Positions 1-12,594 are shown, counted from the whole stretch's first letter. The stretch: 63,111 nucleotides of DNA, filler included, from Octopus bimaculoides (GCF_001194135.2; 7 parts of 5 records of this genome joined end to end with filler, not necessarily neighbours in it); one strand, 5' to 3'. Numbers and translations: made by a program. The notes: generated from the letters alone by a model not told the origin.

Positions 1-613
1 ACATTTCTTGTAAACATAAGGACACAGTAAATGTGTCAAGGCCGACAGGAAGCGGTGCAGCTTCCTAGGTCTAACCGACAATAGTATTATTCCCTTCAGG
101 GGACTGTCACATTAAGTTGACAGCATACAACTACTTCATCGTATCACTACTGCATAAATCTCTCTGAGAGATTTAGAAATGTATTATTTCTAAATTTGCG
201 TTTTCTCTATAGGAAGACAGGAAATAGAAAGAAAGAATCCCTTTCGTCACGTGTCAGCGACGAGAGGGTCAAGGAGGAGGATCGAGAGAAGGAACGGTCA
301 AAGGAAGTGAAGAATCGGGGAGGGTTGGGAGAGAAAAACAGAAAGGCTGAAGAACAAGAGAGGGAGAGAGATAAAGACAGGGAAGTGACAACAATAGTAG
401 TAGAATGCGAAGTAGAAAATATAAGATAAAACTTACTTGGAGGAAATGCGTGGTGTTCGATCATATAATAACATAAATAATATATAATTATATGCATATA
501 TCCATACATATATGTACATACCGACATCTATATGTATACATACAAGCATATATGGGTACAGGACATCACAAAAAACGTTAAACACAATGAGAAACGAAAA
601 CATAAAAACGAAG

Positions 614-616
<3 letters not shown>

Positions 617-681
<65 letters not shown>
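617..681. repeat. (TA)n microsatellite, representative of many TA, CA, GA, ATT, CAG and GAT tracts in the window
   Basis: Read directly from the sequence. Most N gaps are bordered by such tracts. Confidence 0.95.
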
Positions 682-685
<4 letters not shown>

Positions 686-686
686 A

Positions 687-1384
687 GCATTCCTATACAT
701 GTACCCTCGTGAGTTTGTTGCCGCATAATTTCCAGACAAACGGATAATTTTTAATGAAAGTTTCTACAAGTACGTTTCAGATAGTGTAGATTCTGTTTAT
801 ATCACAATATGTAGTGAAAATCTTTTGCAAGGCTGGAGTGAGGAAAACTCACACGAGACGGCTTTCTTTGATCATAACTTTCAGAAAAATGAGTAATTTT
901 TAATGAAATTTTCTGTAAATACCTTTCAGAGTGTGTAGATTACAATTATATGGGAATTTAATATGAAAAAGAAAAAGGTTTGCTCATGCACATGCATACT
1001 GACACACATCACATATATCTACAAAATATAACTTGAAATGAGGAAAAAATTATGACGTGTCTGTATGTATGTGTGTGTGCTCACTATTTTCCTTTCACAT
1101 CAGATTCTATATAATCACAATTTACGCGCACTGAAAAGTATTTGTAGAAAATTTCGTTACAAACTACCCATTTTTCTGAAAGTTATGAGGAAACAAAGCC
1201 AACTTGTGTGGACTTTCCGAAACTCCTCTACCTACCAACAAAAAAGTGTGTTCTCTACAAATTTCGATATAATTAGAATCCTCACCATGCAAAGCGTATT
1301 TGTAGAAAATTTCATTTAAAAATGCCTATTTTTCTGAAAGTTATGAGGAAACAAAGTCAGTGGGGGACACATGTGTAGGAATGC
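687..1384. mobile_element. Foldback-type MITE with long terminal inverted repeats and duplicated subterminal units (L-L-R-R layout)
   Basis: The left end GCATTCCTATACATGTACCC...TTTGTTGCCGCATAATTTCCAG matches the reverse complement of the right end. The unit TTTGTAGAAAATTTC...TTTTTCTGAAAGTTATGAGGAAACAAAG occurs twice forward (~1130-1200, ~1290-1356) and twice inverted (~715-790, ~862-940). A second copy is at 22009-22578. Confidence 0.7.
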
Positions 1385-1551
1385 CATACTTATATACACC
1401 TATGCATGTGCATACATATGAATATGTGTGTGTGCGTGTGTGCATGTATCGTTACATTTCTAAGTTCGATGAAATCTGTAAAATGTGTTATTCTTTATTT
1501 GGAAAGGAAATATTTTGAAAACAAAAGTGTTTAATATTTAACTTCAATATA

Positions 1552-3048
1552 TACTCCCAGAACCACGCTAATAGTTTAGGAGTGAAATTTAGGATTTCTC
1601 GGTTTTCTGTGAATCGATTTTGATAAAACTTTTCCCTGCTGGTTTGCACATTATGGCAACGCCATTGTTATGTTTTCATTATTCTGTGTATCGTCCTTTC
1701 TTTTTTATTTCAGACACTCCAGTTCTCGGGTGAACCACGCTAATAGCGTCTCTCCTCTCTAAGAACAATGGGACGCGGAAAAGACTTTAACTCTGAAAAA
1801 AAGTGTCATCATCAAGGAAAGTGCTAAAGGCACCTCTCTTCGTGTCATTGCGGAGAAGTTAGGTCGTCATGTGGATACGGTTAGACCATTCCTGAAGGAC
1901 CCTACGCCAAGGAAGAAACGATCAGTGACAGCTAAGGATTTAAGGAATATTGGCTGCAAGTTACGTGGGAAACCTGAAAAACAAGCAATGCCTTTTTCAC
2001 CGTCTTCTGACTTCCCCGTGTACCGAAAACCACAAAAAATTACATCCTCGGGACCATGGCTTCCATGCGAGAACCCCTTAAACTGCTTCCTTTAACGCCC
2101 TGTCACAGGAGTTTGAGGCTTCACTGGGCCCAAAAGTACATGACCTTAAACATGAATTGTGTTCTGTTCACTGATGAAACCAGGGCGACCCTTGACAGAC
2201 CTCACAGTTGGGCAAATGGTTGGGTCTGTTTTGGAGATGAGCGTCACCAACGTTTACGACGTCAACAACAGGGTGGAGGAGTCTTGTTATGGGCTGGTAT
2301 CATTGGAGACAGACTTGTTGACCCAATCAGGGTGCTTAAAAGGGTTAAAGTGACCGCAGCCGCCTACTGCAATCTCCTGAACGAGGTCTTGGACACCTGG
2401 CTAGATGACATGCCGCTGACAACGCCCTCTCCCATTCTGCTAGGACCACCCAAACATTACTAGGGTCTTACGGTATACAAGGTGAAAGGTTGGTGGTGTG
2501 GCTGCTAGTATCTCCGGATCTCAACCCTATCGAAAATGTTTGGTCCATCATTAAACAAGATGTTTATGCCGCTGGATGCCAATTGACGTCGAAAGATGGC
2601 TTATGGGCGACCATCAAAGTTGTAGCAGAGGCAGTCCAACCTGCTACTATTAAGAAATTAACAGATTCCATGACTAATAGGGTTTTTAAAGTTATCCGTC
2701 GAAATGGCACTCATTTGGCTAAATAAATCATTATATCAATACATATTATAATATTGTTATGGTTTTCTGTTAAATATATATTCAATGTATGATTAATATG
2801 TATCGTTACCCTTCATCTTCTGAAACAAAGATGTCTAGAAAGGCTATCTTCATTCAAAATCTATTAGCGTGGTTGACCTAAGAACAATCTGAAGTCAAAA
2901 AGAAAAGACGTTACACAGAATAATGCAAGCATAACAATGGTGTTGCCATAGTGTGCAAACCAGCTGGGAAAGGTTTTAACAAAATCGATTAACAGAAAAC
3001 CGAGAAATCCTAAATTTCACTCCAAAGCTATTAGCGTGGTTCTCAGTG
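1552..3048 (+). mobile_element. Tc1-family DNA transposon, DD37E (TRT-type), full-length degenerate copy
   Basis: Inverted repeats of ~190 bp (1552-1746 and 2861-3048) each carry two copies of AACCACGCTAATAG (1561, 1733; inverse at 2861, 3028). TA flanks both ends and the right end is CAGTG|TA. Internal transposase motifs are present. Confidence 0.9.
1768..2726 (+). pseudogene. Frameshifted DD37E Tc1-like transposase
   Basis: MGRGKDF start; VLFTDET (D1); RRQQQGGGVLLWAGII; DNALSHSA (D2, GAC at 2418); SPDLNPIENVW (E, GAA at 2532), which leaves 37 residues between D2 and E. Several frameshifts and a small deletion just before D2. Confidence 0.88.
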
Positions 3049-3106
<58 letters not shown>

Positions 3107-3126
3107 CGTGTGAAACTAATAAATTA

Positions 3127-4375
3127 CGATGGGTGTCCATTAAAGATTTCCCCTGACCCACTTCCGGTTATTTCAAGGATCGGAACTTGTACAGGTATAA
3201 TCATACATGTCTCTACATGTTACATTGTATATTGCAGCTTTCCACTAGTATTCGTTTGTCTTTTACGGCTGCTGAAGTGTGGAAGCAGTTGAATGCAGAG
3301 CAATGATCTGGTTCTTATATTTGAAAGGTCGTTCACCAAAAGAAACTCTCGGTGAGATGAAAGCTGTTTATGGTGAAAATGCACTATCAGACGATGTAGT
3401 CAAGCACTGGCATCGCCAGTTCAAATGTGGTCGGACATCGGTGGAAACTGCTCTTATTCCTGGACGACCACATTCCGCCATTAATGGATCGCCAATCCAT
3501 AAGTGGATCGCCGCATAACTATTCGGCAAGTAGCCCGAGAAGTGAAGATAAGTATGGGGTCCATGGAAAAGATCATTCACGACCATTTGCACATGCTAAA
3601 ATTGTTTACACGATGGATTCCCCGGATGCTCATACCTTTTCAGAAGCAGGAATGAGTAAATTTACTCCCAGTTTCTTTTTGGCAATGTGCCAAGAAAACG
3701 AGGACTTTTTCGGTAGATTTATCACACAGCATGAAACAAGGGTCCATCACTATGATCTTGAGACGAAAGTCTAGTCGAAGCAATGGAACCATGATAACTC
3801 ACCATCTCCAAAGAAGGCTCGTGTCCATCCCCCAGCAGGCAAGGTGATGCTCACAGCCTTTTAGGACCAGCGCAGAGTTAGTGATGATGGTTTTTCTGGC
3901 AAAGGGCACCACAATTAACGGGGCATATTATGCTTCTCTGCTGCAGAAATTGCAGGAAGCTATCAAAGCAGAGAGGCGTGATATGCTGCCCAAAGGAGCC
4001 CGCCTCCTCCAAGACTACACCCCAGTTCACAATGCACATATCACCCAGATGGAAACACACTCCTGCGGCTGAAACACTTCCTCATCCCCCTTACTCTCCC
4101 GACCTTGCAACATCTGACTTTAATATCTTTTCAATCATCAAGTCTTTCTTGAAGGAGAAACACTTTTCGAATGATGATGAACTTACTTCCGAAGTAAAGT
4201 GTTGGCTCCGGACGTAACCTTCCCACTTCTACCGACGAGGTCTTCACAGATGCATAATGCGATTGGAGAAGTGTGTCACCAATGGTGGGGGCTATGTAGA
4301 GGAGGTTATGCCAAGTTTCGTTTATCCCAGTCCTTGGGAAGTGGGTCAGGGGAAATCTTTAATGAACACCCCTCG
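3127..4375 (+). mobile_element. Mariner (DD34D-like) DNA transposon, full-length degenerate copy
   Basis: 39-bp TIRs (CGATGGGTGTCCATTAAAGATTTCCCCTGACCCACTTCC and its inverse, 2 mismatches), with TA on both sides (3125-3126, 4376-4377); length 1249 bp. Confidence 0.93.
3279..4292 (+). pseudogene. Frameshifted mariner transposase
   Basis: RAMIWFLYLKG...GRP; RWIPRML; TQHETRVHHY (D1 region, D replaced by H); GKVML; LLQDYTPVH (D2 at 4013); PHPPYSPDLATSDF (D3 at 4116); EKCVTNGGGYVE. D2 to D3 is 103 nt, which fits DD34D with a 2-nt deletion. Confidence 0.88.
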
Positions 4376-4467
4376 TAAATACAATTTATGAGAAAAATTT
4401 TGCACTTTAATTTAGATTAAAATACCAGCTATTTACACCAGAGCAAAGCCTTGTCGCCTGTATTTAA

Positions 4468-4534
4468 CGTCTCTGAGACTGTCACTCCTATTCCGTCTCT
4501 GAGACTGTCACTCCTATTCCGTCTCTGAGACTGT
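4468..4534. repeat. 26-bp minisatellite running into an assembly gap
   Basis: CGTCTCTGAGACTGTCACTCCTATTC x2 plus a partial third copy, then Ns. The unit contains the inverted motif GTCTC-T-GAGAC. Confidence 0.9.
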
Positions 4535-4749
4535 NNNNNNNNNNNNNNNNNNNNNNNNNNNNNNNNNNNNNNNNNNNNTTAATTAATTAANNNNNNNNNN
4601 NNNNNNNNNNNNNNNNNNNNNNNNNNNNNNNNNNTGCTTATTTCTGATTGAAAGCCATTCAACCATATTGGAATCAGTGTCCTTGAGCAAACTGTCCTTT
4701 CTATATAATTTTAGTTCCTATCTATTAAAACTATGAGACTATGTGCTAA

Positions 4750-5075
4750 TGAAAGGGTAAAGATCTCCTTTGGTCATGAATGACCGTGAGATTGCACTTA
4801 GAAGGTTTCCCTCCGAGGCACAAGTCCAGGCAAGTTTGTTTGTGGAAAAGCAGCAGTCGTCCATGCATTCCAGCCTCCCCTCCATGCCACCAATATCATC
4901 CAAGGAAAAGGCAAAGGCTGATACAGCTAGGCACCAGTGACGTCGCAACTCATTTCTATGGCTGAGTGAACTGGAGCAACATGAAATAAAGTGTTTTGCT
5001 CAAGAACACAACACACAGCCCTGTCGGGGAATCGAACTCACTGCCTCACGTTACCCTAACCACTAAGCCATGCAT
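4750..5075 (-). mobile_element. tRNA-head SINE, family 'E'
   Basis: Reverse-oriented tRNA-like head (GGAATCGAACTC; CCCTAACCACTAAGCC) and central GCTGAGTGAACTGGAGCAAC...GTGTTTTGCTCAAGAACAC. Head and centre are shared with 24390-24655; the tail is shared with 34445-34630. Confidence 0.65.
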
Positions 5076-7798
5076 CAATGAAAGACTGATATTAATATTA
5101 ATTATTAGAGACTCTCTTTAATCCTTTCTACTCAAGGCACAAGGCCCGACATTTTGGGGGAGCGGGGCCAGTCGATGAGATCGCCTCCAGTACGCAACTG
5201 GTGCTTAATTTATCGTCCCCGAAAGGATAAGAACTCTCTTTAATAATTAAATGAAGGTGCCGTGCCTATCTATGCTAGCATTTAGCATCGCTTTCACCCA
5301 CGTTTATTTATTTATTTTCCTTTACATTTATGTTCTCCACTCTCCCAACTTTTTACAGTAAATTTTCGTACTTGGATGAATAAAATCTATATATTATTCT
5401 CAATACGTCAGTAACCTCGGTGAGTAAAAACATTAAAATGATATTGTCAAGTCCAAAATTTTTGTATTAAATGGCACAATTTATCACAATTCTCCATGAG
5501 ACAAGCATACATATAAAATATGTTACCTCTCTTTTTTAAAAAATTAAAATATTCTAAATAAAATTTTACGCTATTTGTCAATATATATTTCGCTTCTGTT
5601 CGAAATGTCGGAATCTGCTGTAGAAAATAATTTACTACTGGTCACAAATTGCTTTCAAGGGACGTAACTTCTAAAGCTTCGTATTTAAAGGGAGACAACT
5701 TATATTAAAACAAAATTATTTCTTTTATCTTCAGTAATGAAATTTTTGCTTCAGCAGAACAGACGAAGACTTTGTTGACTGTCACATACGAAATTATTCA
5801 TACTGTAAATGTTACTTATTCTTGATTAGAAGTTGATAATTATAATTTAAAAATCTCTTACATTAAAGGATATTTCTCATGAACGCATTTACTACATGTA
5901 CAGATATTTAATTCTGAATGCCATTGTCCAAGCTCTTAATTTCCCTACTACGTCACCCGTTTCAATAGCCGATGTAGTAAGTGATGGAACCACCAACTTA
6001 AAACTATTCAAAAGAGGGCTAAAAGACAAAGAAGACCCAGTGATTCTTTTGCCAACCACCAATCTAGTACTTTATCTTCCCCAACCATAAAAAAAAACTA
6101 ATACTTTTTCAAAAGTCGGTGACAAAGTAACNNNNNNNNNNNNNNNNNNNNNNNNNNNNNNNNNNNNNNNNNNNNNNNNNNNNNNNNNNNNNNNNNNNNN
6201 NNNNNNNNNNNNNNNNNNNNNNNNNNNNNNNNNNNNNNNNNNNNNNNNNNNNNNNNNNNNNNNNNNNNNNNNNNNNNNNNNNNNNNNNNNNNNNNNNNNN
6301 NNNNNNNNNNNNNNNNNNNNNNNNNNNNNNNNNNNNNNNNNNNNNNNNNNNNNNNNNNNNNNNNNNNNNNNNNNNNNNNNNNNNNNNNNNNNNNNNNNNN
6401 NNNNNNNNNNNNNNNNNNNNNNNNNNNNNNNNNNNNNNNNNNNNNNNNNNNNNNNNNNNNNNNNNNNNNNNNNNNNNNNNNNNNNNNNNNNNNNNNNNNN
6501 NNNNNNNNNNNNNNNNNNNNNNNNNNNNNNNNNNNNNNNNNNNNNNNNNNNNNNNNNNNNNNNNNNNNNNNNNNNNNNNNNNNNNNNNNNNNNNNNNNNN
6601 NNNNNNNNNNNNNNNNNNNNNNNNNNNNNNNNNNNNNNNNNNNNNNNNNNNNNNNNNNNNNNNNNNNNNNNNNNNNNNNNNNNNNNNNNNNNNNNNNNNN
6701 NNNNNNNNNNNNNNTGTATGTGTGTGCGTGTGTGTGTAGATCATTATCATCAAGATCCCTTAATTGATGCAGCCACTTGCTGGAGTGCCACTCTAGACAC
6801 TTTCGTAGTCAGTCGTCGCTACTGGTCTCTATTTTCTATCATATATAGGTGTATCCGTATATATACACATATGTATATATGTACCTATTTATATATCTGT
6901 GCGTACATGTATTTGCGTATGTATATATAAATCTATGTACGTCTGTGTAACTATAAACAAATAAGTTATTTATAGAATATCCAACTATTTCAATTGTTGT
7001 CTCCCCTACATTGCTCATAATTTCATACCATCTTTTATTTTTATTTAGATTTCCTCTCTATAAAAATAAAAAATAACTATTATTTTCGCCATACATCAAC
7101 ACAATAAAACTTTTCTTATTTACAAAATATCTCAATATCTGATTATACATTATTATTTATTATTTATTATAATTTATTATATATTAAGACAATCATGTAA
7201 CTAGTTCCCTTTTATACATCTTTACTCATATTGTACATATTTCGTAAAGTTCATATTAAATATAACAAGCTGTGTTTAGATAATTAATTACGACATATAA
7301 CACCTATTTTTGTCTATGAATTATTGATCTATTATTTATTAAACAAATACTAAAAATTTTAAAAACTATATAACTCACATCCTAGTACCAACTACCTATT
7401 TACTTAAAAACTTAGTCGAAATGAGAGATGATGGTTAAGAAATATTAAATATGAATTTCAAATAATATATAGTCCCTTATTTGGTAATTCCGAACGTACA
7501 TACAAATATAGCTTGACCAGTAAGAATGTTTTTTAAAGAGTTTTAAATAAATATATATATANNNNNNNNNNNNNNNNNNNNNNNNNNNNNNNNNNNNNNN
7601 NNNNNNNNNNNNNNNNNNNNNNNNNNNNNNNNNNNNNNNNNNNNNNNNNNNNNNNNNNNNNNNNNNNNNNNNNNNNNNNNNNNNNNNNNNNNNNNNNNNN
7701 NNNNNNNNNNNNNNNNNNNNNNNNNNNNCAATGTTAAATCTCTGAACGAGGTATTAACAGTAACTGCACGATAAAGTGTTAAGTGGCAAATATACTTC

Positions 7799-7836
<38 letters not shown>

Positions 7837-8850
7837 CATAGAGAGGGAATCAAATTAAATATTAGATACATTGGCACCCAAGTCCTATTTTTTAGTCTAG
7901 ATTCAAATAAGCGTGACTGAAAGAATGAATCAATAAATCCCCTAAAAATAATAACTAAGAAAAAAATCCATGTATATTTTAAACTGCTTTGTTCATTTTT
8001 ATTTTCCTTTAAATACCACACTACTGTAGAATACAAACTTAACCATTACGCTGTTCTATTTATGAATATCTTGGTCCATTTATAAGAAAACAATGGTATA
8101 GGAATATGACAATAAAAACTAAACTCTATTTTAACACCCAATCTCTTTGCTTTCATTAAGTTCCTCCAAAAAAAGCCAAAATAAAATTTGGGATTTATTC
8201 TTATCTATTTCTTCTTCTATCTTTTCTCTTGTCAAAGACAATATTTCTCCAGCGTTCGCTACTTCACCTCGTCTGGTCTAACGAGCCTCCATGTGTGTTT
8301 CCTTGTATGTCTCCACTGTCCTGTTTTTGTTACGAACTTTCACCCTATGCAAAATACCAAATTTTATTTTGGCCTTTGTGGGAGCAGCTGCCTTCGAAGT
8401 CTCACATTGTCGTTCAATGCTCGAAATGAGGAGTAGATGGACAGCCGACAACTGATGATGGATCCTTCTTTATGTTACTTGTCTTTTTTTCCATTTATTT
8501 CACTCGTTGTTTGTGTACCCAACTTTGTTTTCGCATTTCATGTTTACGTTTTCTGACGCCTTATACCCATGTATGCATATGTAGTGAACACCACTTTCTC
8601 TCACTAGTATAAATATAAACAAGCGCGGGCGTAGCAGAGAGCAGCCTGCTGTATCCATCACATGACTGACTATTCTTTGCGCGGGTAGATTATCTCCATT
8701 TGCCTCGTACCGTTCCCGCCAGAACGCAAATCGACCAACCACAGCCCCTANNNNNNNNNNNNNNNNNNNNNNNNNNNNNNNNNNNNNNNNNNNNTTAATT
8801 AATTAANNNNNNNNNNNNNNNNNNNNNNNNNNNNNNNNNNNNNNNNNNNN

Positions 8851-9320
8851 ATTTCGTTAAATTCTTCAAGTAACTTGTCTCTAAGTCTCTGTCCATTTGC
8901 AGGGTCTTTAAGCTTCCACACCCTTCTCCTCCAAGCCGGTCTAATTCTGGACACCCATTTTGCCTTGATCCCAAAGTCGCTAACTACTAATCTATGTTGT
9001 GGGGTACATTCTTCGCCAGGGTAGGTTTTGGCATTTATAAGCCGCCCTCTTTCCCTATTTCTGGCGAGGATGTAGTCGATTTGGCTAGAGTGTCTGCCGG
9101 AGCGGTAGGTTACTAGGTGACTGGCAGGTTTCCTGAAGTTGGTATTGCAGACCATAAGATCGGTTGCATCACAGAACTCCAGTAGTCTGGTTCCCTCCTT
9201 GTTGCGTTAACCGAAGCCATAGCCTCCATGTATGCCATGGAAGCCTCCAGCACAACGTCCAACATGACCATTGAAGTCTCCAGCCACAAAGAGAAGGTCC
9301 CTGTCACTCGTCGACGAGGT
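8851..9320 (-). mobile_element. RTE-clade non-LTR retrotransposon fragment (AP-endonuclease C-terminal half), cut off by a gap
   Basis: One frame reads LFVAGDFNGHVG...HGGYGFG*RNKEGTRLLEFCDATDLMVCNTNFRKPASHLVTYRSG...SQIDYIL...GEECTPQHRLVVSDF...RRRVWKLKD. These are typical RTE endonuclease motifs, with a single in-frame stop. Confidence 0.9.
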
Positions 9321-9504
9321 AGTCGTTGGTGATTTTTTTTCCCTCCGTCTTCCTTTTCTATTGGACTTTCCTCTGTCTCCTGTTTCTGAAGAAGAGCTTT
9401 GCTCAAAACATAAAACACCCTTTCATTCTTTCTCTGAGCATCTTTTAATACTTTGCATCGTTGTTTTATTCTTCATTTAAAAAAAAATTATATATATATA
9501 TATA

Positions 9505-9640
9505 CGATGCTTCCATCTATCAAATCCACCCACAAGGCTCTGGTCAGCCTGGGACTATAATAGAAGACATTTGTCCAAGGTGCCATGCAGTGGGACTGAA
9601 CCTGGAACCATGTGGTTGAGAAGTAAGCTTCTCACCACAC
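9505..9640 (-). mobile_element. tRNA-head SINE family 'A', 5' part
   Basis: Matches the head of the 28928 copy in reverse (CAAGGTGCCATGCAGTGGGACTGAACCTGGAACCATGTGGTT). Confidence 0.75.
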
Positions 9641-10429
9641 TGGTTATTCTTATTTAAAAAGCTGTCCCAAATTGATCATATTAAGCAGCAGCTTCATTCA
9701 TATATAACTTACTTTAACCCTTTTGTTACTGTATTTATTCTGAGATGCTCTGCGTTTCTTTCAATTACTTTTGAATATAACAAAGAATTTAGTAAAAGAA
9801 CTTAGTTATCATTAAGCTAGTGCTAGGAACATTAATTGTGACTAAGGTTTGGTGGAAGATTTTAATTCAAAAGTAATGAAAACAAGACATTTGTACTCAG
9901 AGCCAGAGGCGGGTTCAGCCGGGTTGGAAATCGAAAGGGCTATGTGTCATATGATTGAGGATTCAGTTAAAAACCATTTAAATAAAATGTTTTAAATTGC
10001 CAAGTTGTATTTATGCAATACAAAAAATTACAGAACAAACTATGAGGGGGGGGGGCAGAAAAACAAACAAACAAACAAAAGAAACAAGTGTTAGTTAAAA
10101 AAAAAAAATCTTTATCACATGAGCTGACAAATGAATTTCATTATAAGCTTAAATTTTGATTAAAGTCAAAATTAATGTCACTGATTTGAGATTAAATATA
10201 GACTTTGATACAATAAACAATAGAGACTTTGCATCAGAGTTTGTTCTTGTGCAGACACAGATACTGCTATGAAGTTGAGAAGTTCAAATCCCAAATCTAC
10301 AGTTTCAGTTTCAATCCCACTACATGTCACCTTGGCCAACTGCTTCCCACTATAGTCCTGGGTTAACCCAAAAACTTAAAGTGTGCATGTGTGTGTATTT
10401 ATTTCTTTCATTAATATTTAGATGAAACA

Positions 10430-10528
10430 ACAGAGTGACTCAAGGGCCAGGAGTTTCATGGATTAGCACTCATGAAAGGGAGTTTGATATGCGCTGATGC
10501 ATGAAACTCTCGACCCTCGACACTCTGT
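10430..10528. repeat. ~99-bp imperfect hairpin (mini inverted-repeat element)
   Basis: ACAGAGTG(AC)TCAAGGGCCAGGAGTTTCATGGATTAGCAC pairs with the inverse of GCGCTGATGCATGAAACTCTCGACCCTCGACACTCTGT; 21-nt loop. Confidence 0.75.
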
Positions 10529-10594
10529 GGCTCCAGCTAAATATTAATAGCAGAGAAACATATGGGAACTCAAGTTTTGAGTTCTAGTATTCCT

Positions 10595-10755
10595 CCTTGC
10601 ATTAGCTATGTGATAAGAAGTTTTCTTCCCAACCACATTGATCCAGGTTCAGTCCCACTGCATGGCACCATGGGCAAGTATCTTCTGCTATTGGCTCAGG
10701 TCAAGCCTTCTAAGAGAATGTGGTTGACAGAAACTGAAAGGTGCCCATTGTATGT
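10595..10755 (+). mobile_element. SINE family 'A', decayed 5' part
   Basis: CCAGGTTCAGTCCCACTGCATGGCACCATGGGCAAGTATCTTCTGCTAT matches the family A head. Confidence 0.7.
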
Positions 10756-10834
10756 GTATATATCTGTATCTACATATATATCCATATCTATATCTTTCTA
10801 TATATATAGTTGAAATTTATGGAAAAACAAAAGA

Positions 10835-11190
10835 CGAAAACATGTGTATGGACAACAAGCAAGTGTATTAGTTTGACGCTCGGGAAAATGAAGAAGTCTT
10901 TTACGTTTCAAGCCTACGCTCTTCAACAGAAAGGAATAAGAGAAAGATAAACAGAGAGAGAATGAAAAAAACTTGAGTGTTTTACCTCTGATCTATCTAT
11001 ATATATATATATATACCTTCCACAATGTAACCTCGTGGACATCGGTGTTGATTTTTTCTTTCTCTGTTTTTCCCTTCTCTGAACTTTCCTTGTTTCCGAT
11101 GAAATGCTCCAACCGAAACGTCATACTCTCCCTCTTTCCTTTCCCGAGCGTCTACTAACACTATCCGTATCACGTTGTCTTTTGTCTTTT
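10835..11190. mobile_element. Two Penelope-like tail fragments in opposite orientation around a (TA)n tract
   Basis: 10835-10960 is the reverse complement of the type at 55290-55420 (CTTTCTGTTGAAGAGCGTAG-CTCGAAACGT...TTCCCGAGCGTC). 11050-11190 is a diverged forward copy. The Penelope assignment is from recall only. Confidence 0.4.
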
Positions 11191-12594
11191 TTTTAAACTT
11201 ATATATATATACATATATATACATACACACACACACACACACACACACGTGTGTGTCTGTCCCTCACCACCACTTACAACTAGTGTTAGTGTGTTTATGT
11301 TCCTGCAACTTAGTGGTTTGGCAAAAGACACCAACAGAATAAGTATCAGTCTCTTAAAAAAAAGTATTGGGGTTGATTCATTTGACTAAAAATTGAAGGT
11401 GGTGCCCCAGCATGGGCACAGTCTAATTACTGAAACAAAAAATTTGACCAATTAGCTGGCTTGAAACTTGAATACTAGACCAAACAGTTTGGAGGGTGAA
11501 TGGTTGTTGTGAAAGGTTGAGCTTAAGAAAGGGAAACCTGTCTGCAGACAAATGGTACAAGAATGAGGTTTACAGACATCAAAAATACTAAATATTTGGG
11601 GGGGACAAGATAGAATAACGCAAAACACCAGGTTTCAGCATCTCACCATTGTCTCCAAATGGAAAAAAAAAAAGGGAAATATTGACTTCTCTGATCTGGG
11701 AATATGGCATTTAATGTGCTTCAAAAATATTCTTTAATGAAATTATTAAAAGAAGCCAGCAGTTCAGTTCTCGTTTTTAAGAACCAGTTAAAAGCAGCAC
11801 AGCAGGAAGCTGATGGTTGATAATGTTCCATATGACTTATTGGATGCTAATGGTTTTCATTATTTAATACCCATTTTCCATGAAGGTATGTGTTGAATGG
11901 TTGACAGGGTTTCTAGGGCTGGATGCCCTTATGCTCTTCCTAATGCCAACCACTTTTTACATGACACATGACCTACCTCTTTTACCTACATTGTAATATA
12001 TATGGCTGCACAAATTGGGACTGAACCCAGAACCATGTGTGGTTGGGAAGAAACCTTACCACACACCCACACCATCAATACAATATCAGGGAGTGCTTGT
12101 TACCCCTGATCTAATTGAGTCAGCCAAGAAGATATTTGAAACCCTCTTGTTACACATGTCCTTCCAATCTTTCACACAGCCAGAGCCCTCAATCCAACAA
12201 TAATCCCAATGGGTCACAGTAAACCGTGCTGCAGGTATACAGTAGGATACCTTTTACAATTACTTGAGAAAATCTCCCACAAACACCAAGAAGCATTTCC
12301 ACACCATCAATAACAGAGAGGTATTCATTGCCCCCACCATGACTACCATTAAGAAAAAGGTGCTCACTCCGCTATTGCCACCATCAAGGACAAGGTGTTC
12401 ACCATGAGAACAGCAAAAGCTGCTTTTGTACTTAGCCACAGCTTCAGACATTATTAGGTCCTTACTTGACAAGATCTCTCTACTAACTTTTCAGAATCCT
12501 TCAACTAGTTCCCTTTTCAACAAAGATGACTCACCTTTACTTTGCACTCCTTGACCCCCCCCCCACCAGACCTCACATGCACACACAGATAATG

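Noticed and set aside
155-175. 21-bp palindrome TAAATCTCTC-T-GAGAGATTTA
   Set aside because: Short and partly built from CT/GA dinucleotides; plausible by chance or slippage.
4579-4590. TTAATTAATTAA inside N runs, repeated at 8795, 32270, 51254, 56581 and 61563
   Set aside because: A palindromic linker with stops in all six frames, always embedded in Ns. It is an assembly gap marker, not biology.
8608-8655. CGCGGGCGTAGC motif resembling a non-autonomous Helitron 3' end
   Set aside because: No intact hairpin or CTRR terminus.
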